Part shown: positions 43,960-54,648 of the stretch, one piece after another
Position numbering within the stretch: position 1 is the first letter of the stretch
How the letters are laid out: the number at the start of each line of letters is the position of its first letter
From: a virus
Lineage: Duplodnaviria > Heunggongvirae > Uroviricota > Caudoviricetes
DNA: 64,000 nt
Virus record (IMG/VR): IMGVR_UViG_3300037423_001636
Location: 141,169-205,168 of that record
Strand: one strand, 5' to 3'
The notes under the pieces: generated by a model
What the model saw: only the letters and a program-made list of their open reading frames with translations
Told to the model about the DNA's origin: nothing
The model's database searches: none
Made by a program: the position numbers and the translations under genes

Positions 43960-44643
43960 GTGGCCAGTAGTCTGCCAGTCTACACTTTCATGCTTAGGAC
44001 TCTCAAAATCAATCATTCTGAGGACGACATTTTCTTCTATAGCGATCTTCACATTCATCACGACCGAGACTTCATTTGCAAGCCCCGCGGCTTTACATCT
44101 GTGGTCGAGCACGATAAAACTCTGATTGAGCGATGGAATGATACGGTCAAGGATACGAGTGTAGTCTTCCATTTGGGCGACATCATCTTCAAGTCTGATG
44201 AAAACGGCTTCTGGCAACTGATGGCTAAGCTGCGGTTCGGGCACCTGTATCTGATGCTCGGGAATCATGTGTCAGGTCAGAAACAAGCCTATCAGATTGC
44301 TTGCGCTGGACTTCCACTTCAGCCGGGGCAGGAGGTCTACCCTCTTACCGCTCTGACTTGGGACGATCGTCCTTATACCTATCTGCCCGAATATATTGAG
44401 ATTGAAGTGAACAAGCAGAGCATGACGCTTTGCCACTACCCCATTGCTTCGTGGCATCACGTTGGTCATGGCAATATACATCTTCACGGTCATTGCCACG
44501 GTTCTCTCAAGGAGAAGCTCCCTCGTCGTCTCGATGTTGGAGTGGAGAGTGTGAAGCGTCCGATCTCGCTCAAAGAGATTAATGTGATGATGCGTGGGAT
44601 GGAGCCGGCGCTGGTGGATCATCATGGGAAAGATACGACATGA
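43960..44643 (+). CDS. Metallophosphoesterase (YfcE-like)
   Basis: The motifs DLHIHHD, HLGDIIFK (GD), LMLGNHV (GNH) and HLHGHCHGS (GHxH) are present. Confidence 0.55.
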   Translation: MASSLPVYTFMLRTLKINHSEDDIFFYSDLHIHHDRDFICKPRGFTSVVEHDKTLIERWNDTVKDTSVVFHLGDIIFKSDENGFWQLMAKLRFGHLYLMLGNHVSGQKQAYQIACAGLPLQPGQEVYPLTALTWDDRPYTYLPEYIEIEVNKQSMTLCHYPIASWHHVGHGNIHLHGHCHGSLKEKLPRRLDVGVESVKRPISLKEINVMMRGMEPALVDHHGKDTT

Positions 44644-45095
44644 ATGACGATATCCCCACGCCACTCACCGATGCTGTGAGGGCCAAGTTTCCCCTTGAAG
44701 GCTCAGAAGCGATTGAATTGGTCGAGAGACTTGAGCGCGAGAACATTCAGCTACGGACCGCCCTTGCGGATTCCGCTCGTCGCGAGCAAGCTGAGCTGGA
44801 CTGTCGGGTCGCTAATCAAGATGTGGTGAGAAAACTGGAGAACCAGCTCCACGAACTAAGTCTCGCCAAGAGCGCTCAAGCCATCCTTGATCCATGGGTG
44901 AAGTCTGGTGCCGGGCGTAGTGACCCATCGCTGGGAGATTTGCAGACTCGTATTGCCGCGGCGCTGGCGGCGAAGGACGATCTCATCCTTCGTCTCGCCG
45001 TTCGGCTGGAAGATGCTGTTATTGAGAATGGTCCAGTCATCGGCGACGAACAGAAATTGATCGCCGAGGCAAAGGCTGCGCAAACAGTGAAGTGA
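44640..45095 (+). CDS. Hypothetical coiled-coil protein
   Basis: 151 aa rich in heptad-like Leu/Ala/Glu/Arg. The start overlaps the previous stop. Confidence 0.35.
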   Translation: MNDDIPTPLTDAVRAKFPLEGSEAIELVERLERENIQLRTALADSARREQAELDCRVANQDVVRKLENQLHELSLAKSAQAILDPWVKSGAGRSDPSLGDLQTRIAAALAAKDDLILRLAVRLEDAVIENGPVIGDEQKLIAEAKAAQTVK

Positions 45096-45619
45096 TAGAC
45101 TTCGCCACAATCGACTTGACACTCTCTCCAGACTCTGATTCACCATCATCCTCATGAACTCTCCCACACCCACTCTCTCTGTTTCTCCGGCTGCCCCCAG
45201 CAAAACCGTCACTCCCTCCATCCCTACGGAAGCGCTGGCACCAGTCCGCACAGTTTCTGTTCGCTACGACAAGAACTCTTCCAATTGGGCCATCATTGAT
45301 CCTAAGAATCCGGAAAAAGTGCTTGAGACTATTACCGCGTATCCAGCCTATCTCACAAACGTCCGTTTCAGTTCTCAGGAGAAGCGCAGCAGCGGCGGTG
45401 GATTTTGCGGCGCTCCCGTCGTCCATGACGTGCAAATTGTCGGTATCGCCACTGGCAACCTGACCTTCAATCGACCCAAGGAGACTCAGGATTCTGTTCC
45501 TTGCAATCTGTCATTCAAAGACGGTCAGTTCCGTTCGTGCGCTACGGCCATCACGAAGGCCCGTGCCGTTCGCCTGTCGGCGGACCGTTTTGCGACAATC
45601 TGGATCTGAGCCTGAGCCA

Positions 45620-46381
45620 ATGCCTCGTAATCCTAACGATCCTTGGTGGGACATATGGGGCGAGCCAACATCCACGAGATACCGAGACCGATATGGTCAG
45701 TTGATAGACCTTACAAAGGCCATTCCGATTGTCCCGTCCACCCACCACACACTTTACACCGAACAATCCAAACAGCCGAAAAGATCCATGAAACTCGTTG
45801 AGCCACTCCGCACCGCTCTGATTGAAACCCTAAAACGCCAGACCGCCGAAATGGTGAAGCTGGGGTACTCGACAGATAACGAAACTGTCTATTCCGATAT
45901 CGACGAATATGGCACGACGGAGAAGCAGCGCGAAATGATTTCATACTTTGTACAGCATTCGGTGCTGCAAGCCATGCTGGCGGCGCTCGCGGTCAATCCC
46001 AATCTTCTCTCGCTTGGAACAGAAGGATTGTCAGCCTATGTGAAAAGGCTGCTTGAGAATCGCGGCAAGCAGAACTTCGCCAAACTCCTTCCACTCGCCG
46101 CTCTCTACATGATTCGGATTTCTGGCGGCGGTGGTAGTGATTTCCCGCTGATTGTCACCCATCAAGATAAGGGCACTTGGCTTCAGTCTAATGGTGCGGC
46201 AGAGAATGGCCAGATTACGGTCAAAGACTCTTTCCGGCTTTGCAAGGACGAAGAAATCGTTGCCATGGTGGATTCTTTGACCGAACAGCAAATTGCCACG
46301 ATCATCAACCACCGCTATTTCGAGTCGGTTCGCTTGGACGCGTTGATGGTGGAAGATGCAGCAGCGGAGACCGCCTCATAA
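45620..46381 (+). CDS. Hypothetical protein
   Basis: 253-aa ORF from the ATG at 45620. Confidence 0.4.
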   Translation: MPRNPNDPWWDIWGEPTSTRYRDRYGQLIDLTKAIPIVPSTHHTLYTEQSKQPKRSMKLVEPLRTALIETLKRQTAEMVKLGYSTDNETVYSDIDEYGTTEKQREMISYFVQHSVLQAMLAALAVNPNLLSLGTEGLSAYVKRLLENRGKQNFAKLLPLAALYMIRISGGGGSDFPLIVTHQDKGTWLQSNGAAENGQITVKDSFRLCKDEEIVAMVDSLTEQQIATIINHRYFESVRLDALMVEDAAAETAS

Positions 46382-46423
46382 TCCGCTTGACAGATTCCCC
46401 GCACTCTGTTCGCCTAGCCGGCC

Positions 46424-46921
46424 ATGAAGCTCGAAGGATCAGACCTCGTTTGCAAGGCGCTCGATATTGCGCTCATCGCGCATAAGGACCAGTTCCGGAT
46501 GGGCGGGGCACCATATCTGGACCACCCACTGGACGTTGCAAGGCGCTATAAGGATCTCATTAATAGCGCTCTTCCACCTGAGCCACCACGCAGCCCGTGG
46601 AGAGCACGGGGAGAGGCGTTGGCACTGCTGCACGATAGCCTCGAAAAAGATGCTAGCCGTCCCTACACTCAGTTGGAACTGGCCGAACTGGGCTTCCCAG
46701 ATGAGGTTGTTATTCCTCTTGGGCTCGTAACCAAACTGCCCGGCGAGACGTATTTGGCATACCTGCTGCGATTAAAGGCTTCTCACAACAGATTAGCGCT
46801 CGATGTCAAGGGCTGCGACCTTGACTCGAACGAGGCCAGCGCTTGGGACATACCAAACGAGAAGATTAGAAAAAGTCTCGTTACCAAGTGGCAGATGGCC
46901 CGGCACATTCTATTCGGCTGA
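46424..46921 (+). CDS. HD-domain small alarmone hydrolase ((p)ppGpp hydrolase, RelA/SpoT-HD / Mesh1-like)
   Basis: The sequence IAHKDQFRMGGAPYLDHPLDVA ... ALLHDSLEKDA matches the RSH hydrolase H...HD...D signature. The 165-aa size is typical of small alarmone hydrolases. Confidence 0.6.
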   Translation: MKLEGSDLVCKALDIALIAHKDQFRMGGAPYLDHPLDVARRYKDLINSALPPEPPRSPWRARGEALALLHDSLEKDASRPYTQLELAELGFPDEVVIPLGLVTKLPGETYLAYLLRLKASHNRLALDVKGCDLDSNEASAWDIPNEKIRKSLVTKWQMARHILFG

Positions 46922-47428
46922 GACCGCCCACCCCCGACAATCCTAATCTCCCATGTCTCGCTATCCATTTACCAAACCCGCTCCGGGCACCGAGCGGCTG
47001 GAACGTCTGAAGCGCTGGCCGGGGCTGAAGCGCAAGTGGGCAAGCCGATCCGTTCTAATCTGGTCTGGTGAGCATAGGGCTTACTGGCGGAAGGACGGGT
47101 GCGGTTATACCACTGATTCCGCTGAAGCTGGTGTTTACGACTTCGAGGACGCCTTGACTTACACCTATCACTGCGATCCATCCAAACAAATCTGTTACGA
47201 ACTCATTCCCATGAAGAACCAAAGCACTCTCCGCGATCTAGAGCGCATTAACACTATCACCAGACTCTCCCACGATCTGGCCGATGCCAAGTGCCGGCAG
47301 GCTGATTTCAACATCGGCACTCGGGAATATAAAGCGTTTGCCGAGCAGATTGCGACGCTCAACAAGCTTCTAGCTGAGCTGCAAGTCGGCACCAGCACTG
47401 AACCCTGAAGAATATATCACAATTTCTC

Positions 47429-47457
47429 TTGACGGGCGGCTGGCGTTCTGCTAGAGT
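47429..47457 (+). promoter_or_regulatory. Sigma70-like promoter candidate (TTGACG-N17-TAGAGT) upstream of the AAA+ gene
   Basis: The -35 TTGACG at 47429-47434, a 17-nt spacer and the -10 TAGAGT at 47452-47457 lie about 90 nt upstream of the ATG at 47548. Confidence 0.45.
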
Positions 47458-47547
47458 CTGCCAATCGTCAGGAAATAGTCCTGAATCAACCATCACGTCA
47501 GTAAAACCAACAGTCAAACGTCTAGTCTAACAGACACTCCTATCGTT

Positions 47548-49092
47548 ATGAGTCTGCACAAATCGAATCCGGGTAAAACCGCTGCCAAAACCGAGGGCGA
47601 AAAGATGAAAGCCGCCCTCTTGTCCACCCTGCAAGAAATCACCCGCGGCCCCGGCGTGGCCACCTCCGACGTGAATATCGTCCATCGCGGCACGAAGATC
47701 GTTCTGCCGGGCGAGCCGCACCCCATGGAGCCGCGTGAGGCTATCGAGCATCTGGAACGGCTTGATGAAGCGATGAACACGGAAGTTTCTGTCCGTGAAG
47801 AGATTCGCGCGTTCCCTCTCGACGGTGCCGTCGCGCTAATGAAGGCCATGCAGGAGAAATTCGGCTGGGCCACGCCGCGCCCGACGATGGGCTTCTTTGG
47901 TCCCAATCCCCCGCAGATGGTGACTGTGGAGACCTCCACCAACCCGGCCGACTCCATTCAAGTCCTCTGGGGCAAGTTCGAGCTGCCCGGCATTGAGGGA
48001 GACCTCCAGTGCGGCGCGGATATGACCGCGGACAAGGAGTTCATCTTCGTCATCCACGGCACTGTCCTCAAGCGTGAGGCCGGGCTCATCCGTGAGCTGG
48101 CCGAGCTGACTCGCCAGTTCGTCGTGGCAGAGTCCATTTACAAGGGCAAGGCTATTCGTGTTCGCACGGATGGCAACGGTGTCCTCACTGCCGACGCGCC
48201 ATCCTTCATCCACACGACTCGGAAAGATCCGCTGATTCTGCCGAAGCTCACGGAAGCTGCGTTACAAGCGAACGTCTTCGCCCCTGTCGAGCGCGCCTCC
48301 GAATGCCGGAAAGCCGGTATTCCGCTCAAGCGCGGCGTCATTCTCGCCGGCCCTCCGGGCACAGGCAAGACTCTCGCCAGCCAAGAGCTGGCAGACAAGG
48401 CAATCAAGAGCGGCTGGACCTTCATCCTGCTCCCAGATACCCGCGGTCTGGCCTCGGTCATTCACTTCGCCCGTCGCTACGCCCCGTGCGTGGTGTTCTG
48501 CGAAGACATTGATTGCGGCCCGGCGTCTGAACAGCGCGGCTTCAAGCTGAACGATCTCCTCAACACCATCGACGGCATTCAGACCAAGGACGCCGAGGTC
48601 ATGCTCTGCTTCACAACGAATGACGTGAAGAAGATTGATCGGACTCTGGTTCGTCCCGGCCGCATCGATGCCATCATCGAGTTCCCGAAGCCGCAGGACA
48701 CCGAGACCATCGAACGGTTCCTCCGGCACTACGGTAATGGTCGTATCGCCATCAACACGTCTCTCACCAAGAGCTGCCAGCTCCTCGAAGGTCAGTTGCC
48801 AGCCATCATCCGGGAGGCCGTGGAGCGTTCAAAGCTCTATGCGCTCGCCCGCGGTGTCAACGCCGACGACATCAATCTCGTGGACGACGACATCGAAGCG
48901 GCCATCGTGACCATGAAGGCGCACATGGACTTCTTCCACTCGAAGAAGGAGATTCAGCCGAGCCCTGAGGAACAAGTCGGCATCGCCATGCGCAATCTGC
49001 TTGAAACGTCCGCCAGCAATATGATCACGAGCGGCAAGCTGGACAAGCGACTCACGATCATGATGGACGCAATGCGTGTGCCGCAGGGCTGA
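47548..49092 (+). CDS. AAA+ ATPase (classical AAA clade) with an N-terminal ~230-aa domain
   Basis: Walker A VILAGPPGTGKT. Walker B CVVFCEDID. Second region of homology TNDVKKIDRTLVRPGRIDAIIEF. Confidence 0.7.
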   Translation: MSLHKSNPGKTAAKTEGEKMKAALLSTLQEITRGPGVATSDVNIVHRGTKIVLPGEPHPMEPREAIEHLERLDEAMNTEVSVREEIRAFPLDGAVALMKAMQEKFGWATPRPTMGFFGPNPPQMVTVETSTNPADSIQVLWGKFELPGIEGDLQCGADMTADKEFIFVIHGTVLKREAGLIRELAELTRQFVVAESIYKGKAIRVRTDGNGVLTADAPSFIHTTRKDPLILPKLTEAALQANVFAPVERASECRKAGIPLKRGVILAGPPGTGKTLASQELADKAIKSGWTFILLPDTRGLASVIHFARRYAPCVVFCEDIDCGPASEQRGFKLNDLLNTIDGIQTKDAEVMLCFTTNDVKKIDRTLVRPGRIDAIIEFPKPQDTETIERFLRHYGNGRIAINTSLTKSCQLLEGQLPAIIREAVERSKLYALARGVNADDINLVDDDIEAAIVTMKAHMDFFHSKKEIQPSPEEQVGIAMRNLLETSASNMITSGKLDKRLTIMMDAMRVPQG

Positions 49093-52026
49093 GTCTAGGC
49101 GAACACTGTCTGTTAGGTCCGAACTAGGCATAACGAAGACAGGGGAGGGCGGCTTAGGAGTAGGCCGCTCTCCCCACATTTTTCAGTATCATGACGCTAT
49201 CACCAGAACAGCTTGACATTCTAGTTCACACCAGCCGCACCGGCCGCTACGTCTCTGACGAATGCGCCCCACTGGTCGAGTTGGTAAACGGCGGACTTCT
49301 TTTCGATTACGGCCCACAGAAGCTGGCGGGTGGTATGCATTATTTCACTCTAACTACGGCTGGGTCGGAAGCTCTGGCGGCGCATCGTGCGACTCTACCT
49401 AAGCCGAAGCCTCTTACCCGCGCCCAGCGCCGCTATAGAGAGTTCCTCTCCAGTGGTGGCATCCATGGAAGATTCGGCGACTGGTTGAAACACCGGATGT
49501 ATTCCGCTTGACCCCATGACCGCTTTAGCTATCATTATCAATATCGTCATTCTCGGCGTCCTCGCTCTTTCATGGCTCATTGTCCAAGACTTCAATGGCG
49601 GCAATGACGGCGACGATGATGCTTGGGGCGACTGACTCAACCACCATTAGCATTCACTCTCTATGGACTCTTCATCCTCTTCCTCACCTCTCGCCAGCCC
49701 CGTTCTCTCCCAGATTCCCAAAGCGCAGGACGCTTTCATGCGGACCATCGCTAACTATGCTAACGTGGACACGAATGATCTGCTAGCGAAATCAGCGACG
49801 CTCATCAATGGTGCTATTGACGCTGGCCGGCTAGCCGCAACTCTCATGCCCATTGAAGATCCGATGGTCGCGGAGAAGCTCTCCCTTCAACTGAAAGAAT
49901 TGGGCTATGCTACTGGCGTCGTGCAGGTCGGCAGCCAAGGGAGGCCAGATGGTTCCACGGTTCCAGTGCTGGGCGTGCAGATAAATTGGCTCTGGTCATC
50001 AATGCCGTATCGTGACGCCTATTCCGTTTGACGCGGTGCCCATGAGCGCCAACACCGATCGTCGCTTTCCCATCATCTCCACTGCCGACAAACTCGACGA
50101 TGAGGTGAAGAGAATCCTTTCTACCGTCGGCATCAAACGGCCCAACCTGCGTTTCTCCATTTTCAATGATCTCGGCTGGACGCCCAAGCGTTGGAAGATT
50201 TCGCATCCCGATTTGACGAGTGTGTTCCATCACGGCAAAGCCCGGTTTTTCTGCCACGGCTGGTGGCAGGGTGAGGATTCCTATGGCAGTTCAGTCTACG
50301 AGAATCCCCTCTGGTCTGATGTGGTGATTGAAGCAGAGCGCGCCATTCGGTTTGCGGGTGGCGGAGACCACGTGTTTCTGGAGTCCGTTAATCCGGCCCG
50401 CATTCAGGCTCACGATGTGCAGTGGTTCGACCTGATATTCGGCTCATAAATCCTTTACCCTCACTTATATGAAAGCTGCATTCGAAAAGCTCGACGGAAC
50501 CGTGTCCGTCCAGAATGTCCCGAGCGTGAAAGAAGGTTCCGACATCATCCTCACCCCAGCGCGAGCTGGCATCGGCGGCGAGGTCATTGGCTACTTCCGA
50601 TACGATCTCACGAAAGAGCGTTGCGATGATCTGCCTCTCTACCGACAATCTCGGCAGCCACTTGACGGCTTTCCCTATCCACTGCTTACGACCCCGCCGG
50701 CTGTTTCTATAAACTCAGCCAATCCCACTTCATGAATCTTCCGCAACCGCACTCCAATCCAGATCGCAATCACGACAACATTCGCATGGGCGTCTGGTGC
50801 CACGTTTGGGTGAATGTCGCGCGCTCTGATAATTGCGACGACCCCAAAATTGCGACCAATTGGGCAGATCGTGCTCTCGAAGACTTCGACGCTCGGTTCC
50901 TATCGCCAGCTGAGCTGGTGGAGCAGGAAGCGGCAGAGCGTGAAAAAGAGAAGACAGCAAAGTCCAAGAAGGGAAAGTAGCCGAATCGTCTTGACTCTAC
51001 AGCTAATCTAGCGACGGTAATTGATTCATGTTCCGCTGGCTTCGCTCACTCTTCTCGTCTAATCCAGTCCCTCCTACAGAGACCGCCGATGGTCCATATC
51101 GATTCGACAAGCCAGCCACGAAATCTCAGCCACCCAAACAGTCTACGCTCTTTGCCCCGCCAGCGCCATTGCCAAAAACTCAGAGGGTGGAGGTCGTTCG
51201 ACCACCCATTGAGTCAGACTCCTATCAGTGGATCGATTATGGAGAGCCGACGGTTATTCAGCCCACTAAGCCGGCTGAACCGCCCGAAAAACCAGTCTTT
51301 AAGAACGAGCAGGCCGAGCTAGAATCAGAGGGGTCTCGACTGGGCCGCTTGGCTTCTGGCATATGTAGCACGGGTGCAAATTGGTTTATCACAGGAATCT
51401 GCATGATGTCAGGTTCGTATCGCTGGGACGAACCAGCGCCAAAGCCCGCTCCCGTCTATCGTCGCAATGGAGAGCCATTCAACGAGGACGTTCCCAAGGT
51501 AGAAAAAAAACAGACTTCTAATGGACGCAACTACTGGACAATCTCGGGTTAAGTCTCTTACGGTCCGCAGGACCATGCGGCTTCGTCATTTTGTCGGCCA
51601 CAGTCTCGTTACAGTAGCTCATTTCGACCGCACGTTGTTTCGTCCCGTTGAAGACTATGGCTTTGTCAAGCCCAGTGGCGGCCTGTGGACCTCTCCTATT
51701 GACTGCGAGAATGGTTGGGAGACGGAGGGCGCAGAGATGTTTGGTCCTGAGGCGGTCGCCCATTGGTTTGATATCGAATTTACGGGAAACTGTCTGACTA
51801 TTGACTCTCTAGCTGATCTGGATAAGCTGGACTATCGTCATTTTGCAGATGGATTGCACAGTCGGTTTCCTATATTCGAGCCGCTACTAGCCGCAGGAGT
51901 GGACGCAATACACTTGACGTGGCGCGGGCAGTGTGAGACACGTTTATCGTTTCCCCGCAATCTGTATGGCTGGGACTGCGAATCTGTCTTCATCATGAAT
52001 CCTGATACTATCACACCCATCACTCT

Positions 52027-52596
52027 ATGAACACACTCCTCCAATCCGGCCAGTTCATCACCTTTCTGACTATCCTCTGCGTGGGATTTGTCTACATTGT
52101 AGGAGCATGGCTCTTTGGTTCGCTCTCTGGCGGAGCTGACTCTCATGACGGCGATGTTCATGACGGTGACTCAAGCAACAGTCATACGGACACCATTTCC
52201 ATCTTCAGCCCCAAAATCGTTGCTATATTCCTCGTGGGCTTTGGCGCGGCCGGCTGTGTAGGAACTCATTATGACGCCAGCGTCATCGTGTCTACTGTCC
52301 TTGGGCTTGCGGCGGGCGCAGCGTTCGGGGCTCTCGCATTTGGGTTCATGCGACTTCTCTACTCTCAGCAGTCGTGTTCCAATGTCCCAACGTCAGCTGC
52401 TGCTGGCCAACGCGCTATTGTCACCACAGATATCACGCTTGGACGACAGGGCGAAGTCAGTCTTTATCTCAACGGTCAATACATGACCTACCCAGCGTCC
52501 ATCTGCACGAAATCCGCTCCTTCCGTAGTGTGGCTACCTCGGGGGCGCGAGGTCAAGGTCATTTCGGCCACCGGCCCCGTGTTGCTCGTTGCCTGA
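52027..52596 (+). CDS. NfeD-like membrane protein (C-terminal OB-fold)
   Basis: N-terminal transmembrane helices FITFLTILCVGFVYIVGAWLFG. The C-terminus GRQGEVSLYLNGQYMTYPASICTK...GREVKVISATGPVLLV resembles the NfeD beta-barrel. It lies directly upstream of the flotillin-like gene. Confidence 0.45.
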   Translation: MNTLLQSGQFITFLTILCVGFVYIVGAWLFGSLSGGADSHDGDVHDGDSSNSHTDTISIFSPKIVAIFLVGFGAAGCVGTHYDASVIVSTVLGLAAGAAFGALAFGFMRLLYSQQSCSNVPTSAAAGQRAIVTTDITLGRQGEVSLYLNGQYMTYPASICTKSAPSVVWLPRGREVKVISATGPVLLVA

Positions 52597-52623
52597 TTCC
52601 ATTTTCATTCAATCCATCAAAAC

Positions 52624-54402
52624 ATGATCTCATCACTCCTCTCTCTCGCTGTTATCGGCGGCTTCTTGATTCCCGGCATCATCATCGCTGCGGTTATCGC
52701 GCTTCTCGTTCTAGGCATGGTTGTCGCTTCACGCTACAAGACTGTTCCGCCTAATGCCATAGCCGTATTCTTCGGTCGCAAATACAAAGTCAGGGGTGCT
52801 GATGGCTCGCTCATCACTCGTGGATTCGACATCATGACTGGCGGCGGTCGTATCCTTCTGCCCATCGTGGAACAATATCAAGTTATGAGCACAGCTGCCT
52901 TTCAAGTTGTTATTGAAGAAGAGTCTGTGCCCACATTGCGCAATGTTCCTGTCCGAGTGAAGGCTGTGGCCACGTGTCGTATTTCCCCCAATCCAGACGA
53001 ACAGTCCAATGCGGTCCAAGCGTTTCTAGGCAAACCAGAGTCCTCTATGGCGTCCACAGTGAATGAGATTCTGCGGGGCCACGTTCGCTCCATCATCGCC
53101 AGCTTGGCTGTCGAGCAGATTCTCCGAGATCGCGCTGAATTCAATCAAAAGGTCCTTCAGGAGTCTGCTGAGGAGTTCCGCAAGCTTGGAATTCAGATCG
53201 TAACCCTCGTCGTGCAGGACGTGACCGATGAAGTCGGCTACATCGCTGCCCTTGGCAAGCAGGAGACCGCGGCCAAGATTCGGGACGCAGCTATTGCTAC
53301 GGCCCAAGCAGAGAAAGAGACGAAGGTCAAGGTGTCTGATGCGCAGCGTGAGGCCGCTGAAGTAGCCGCTCAGAACGCTGTAAAGGTTGCCGACGCCGAG
53401 AAGATCCGCGATGTTCAGGTTGCCCAGTTCAGAGTCGAGACAGAGGGAAAGCGGGCTGAGGCCGATATGGCGAATCAGATCGCTAAAACGACACAAGAAA
53501 CCAATCTCCGTGTTTTGGAGGCAAAGCGCGACGCCCAAGCCGCTGAAGCTGGTATCGTGGTGCAGGAAAAGCGAGCGGCATTAAAACAGAAAGAGCTGCA
53601 AGCCACGATCATCGTGGAGGCCGAAGCCAAACGGCAAGCTCAGATCATCGCCTCCGAAGCGGCTCAAGAAGTAGCTCAACGCACCGCTAAACAGCTCGCC
53701 ATCGAAGCCGACGGTAAGGCTAACGCAGCCATCCGTGAGTCCGAGGGTATCGCTCGCAAGACTCAGACTATCGCGGCGGCTGACGCTGACGCCACTCGTG
53801 TTCGCATGGCAGCCAACGCCGAGGGCACCCGCGCCACTGGTCTGGCCGAAGCTGATTCAAACAGGGCTCAGCTGCTGAGCGCGGCGGAGGGTAATCGCAT
53901 GGCGCTCTTGGCGGCGGCCGAAGGTGAGGAGAAACGTCTACTCGCAATCGCGAACGGCAAGAAGGCTGCTTTGCTTGGTGAGGCAGCTGGAACACGCGAA
54001 CTGGCGGAGGCTCTGAAACAACTCTCTGAACAGGGTCGCCTCATTATGATTCTAGACAGGCTCCCGACCCTACTCGAAAAGGGTGGCGACGCTGGGGCCA
54101 AGATTGTCAGCGCGGCATTTGAGCCCCTCGGCAAGTCGCTTGGAGCTATCAAGAACGTGTCTATCGTGGACATGGGCGGCTCAGAGAAGGGTGGTGGAGT
54201 CGCGAAGTTCGCCGGCTCTATCCCACAAGCTGTGGCGGCCATGGTGGCGAATGCCGAGGCTATCGGTATCGATGTTAAGCCGCTGCTAAAGCTGGCCAAA
54301 ATCGATGCGAGCAAGCTGCAATCCATGATCGGGCTCATCGATACAGCCATTCCCGCAGAGACGCAGCCAGCCAACGATACGTCCGCTCCATCGCGCAACT
54401 GA
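52624..54402 (+). CDS. Flotillin-like SPFH/band-7 protein (YqiK-like)
   Basis: N-terminal transmembrane segment. The SPFH core reads PIVEQYQVMSTAAF...ILRGHVRSIIASLAVEQILRDRAEFNQKV...LGIQIVTLVVQDV. A long Ala/Glu/Gln-rich coiled coil typical of flotillin follows. Confidence 0.75.
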   Translation: MISSLLSLAVIGGFLIPGIIIAAVIALLVLGMVVASRYKTVPPNAIAVFFGRKYKVRGADGSLITRGFDIMTGGGRILLPIVEQYQVMSTAAFQVVIEEESVPTLRNVPVRVKAVATCRISPNPDEQSNAVQAFLGKPESSMASTVNEILRGHVRSIIASLAVEQILRDRAEFNQKVLQESAEEFRKLGIQIVTLVVQDVTDEVGYIAALGKQETAAKIRDAAIATAQAEKETKVKVSDAQREAAEVAAQNAVKVADAEKIRDVQVAQFRVETEGKRAEADMANQIAKTTQETNLRVLEAKRDAQAAEAGIVVQEKRAALKQKELQATIIVEAEAKRQAQIIASEAAQEVAQRTAKQLAIEADGKANAAIRESEGIARKTQTIAAADADATRVRMAANAEGTRATGLAEADSNRAQLLSAAEGNRMALLAAAEGEEKRLLAIANGKKAALLGEAAGTRELAEALKQLSEQGRLIMILDRLPTLLEKGGDAGAKIVSAAFEPLGKSLGAIKNVSIVDMGGSEKGGGVAKFAGSIPQAVAAMVANAEAIGIDVKPLLKLAKIDASKLQSMIGLIDTAIPAETQPANDTSAPSRN

Positions 54403-54635
54403 TTTGTCCGTGAGCAAACCTCGCTACGAATACAAGGTTGTTTTCGGTGGTTATGATTACTTCCCGGAGATCACGCTCAACGAGTTGGCTCAGCTGGGAT
54501 GGGAGTTAGTCACGGTATCCGCTGCGACTCCCCATGGCGGGGGTTCACACATCTACGGATACTTCCGGCGAGAAGTCCAGCCTACCGTGGCCACAGCTAC
54601 TTCTGTACAATAGACTTCATTTCCACCTTGACAGT

Positions 54636-54648
54636 GGACGCAAGAATC
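54636..54648 (+). promoter_or_regulatory. Conserved 13-mer GGACGCAAGAATC downstream of a CTTGACA motif (second copy at 1798-1810)
   Basis: The exact 13-mer follows CTTGAC at two distant intergenic sites (1782-1810 and 54628-54648). Each precedes a gene start (1855 and 54695). Confidence 0.4.

Noticed and set aside
46424-46921. Assignment of the HD protein as DatZ (the dATPase of Z-genome phages)
   Set aside because: The motif set (HKDQFR..G.PY..HP...A ... LLHD..ED-like) is characteristic of RelA/SpoT alarmone hydrolases. I left DatZ only as an alternative to be tested.
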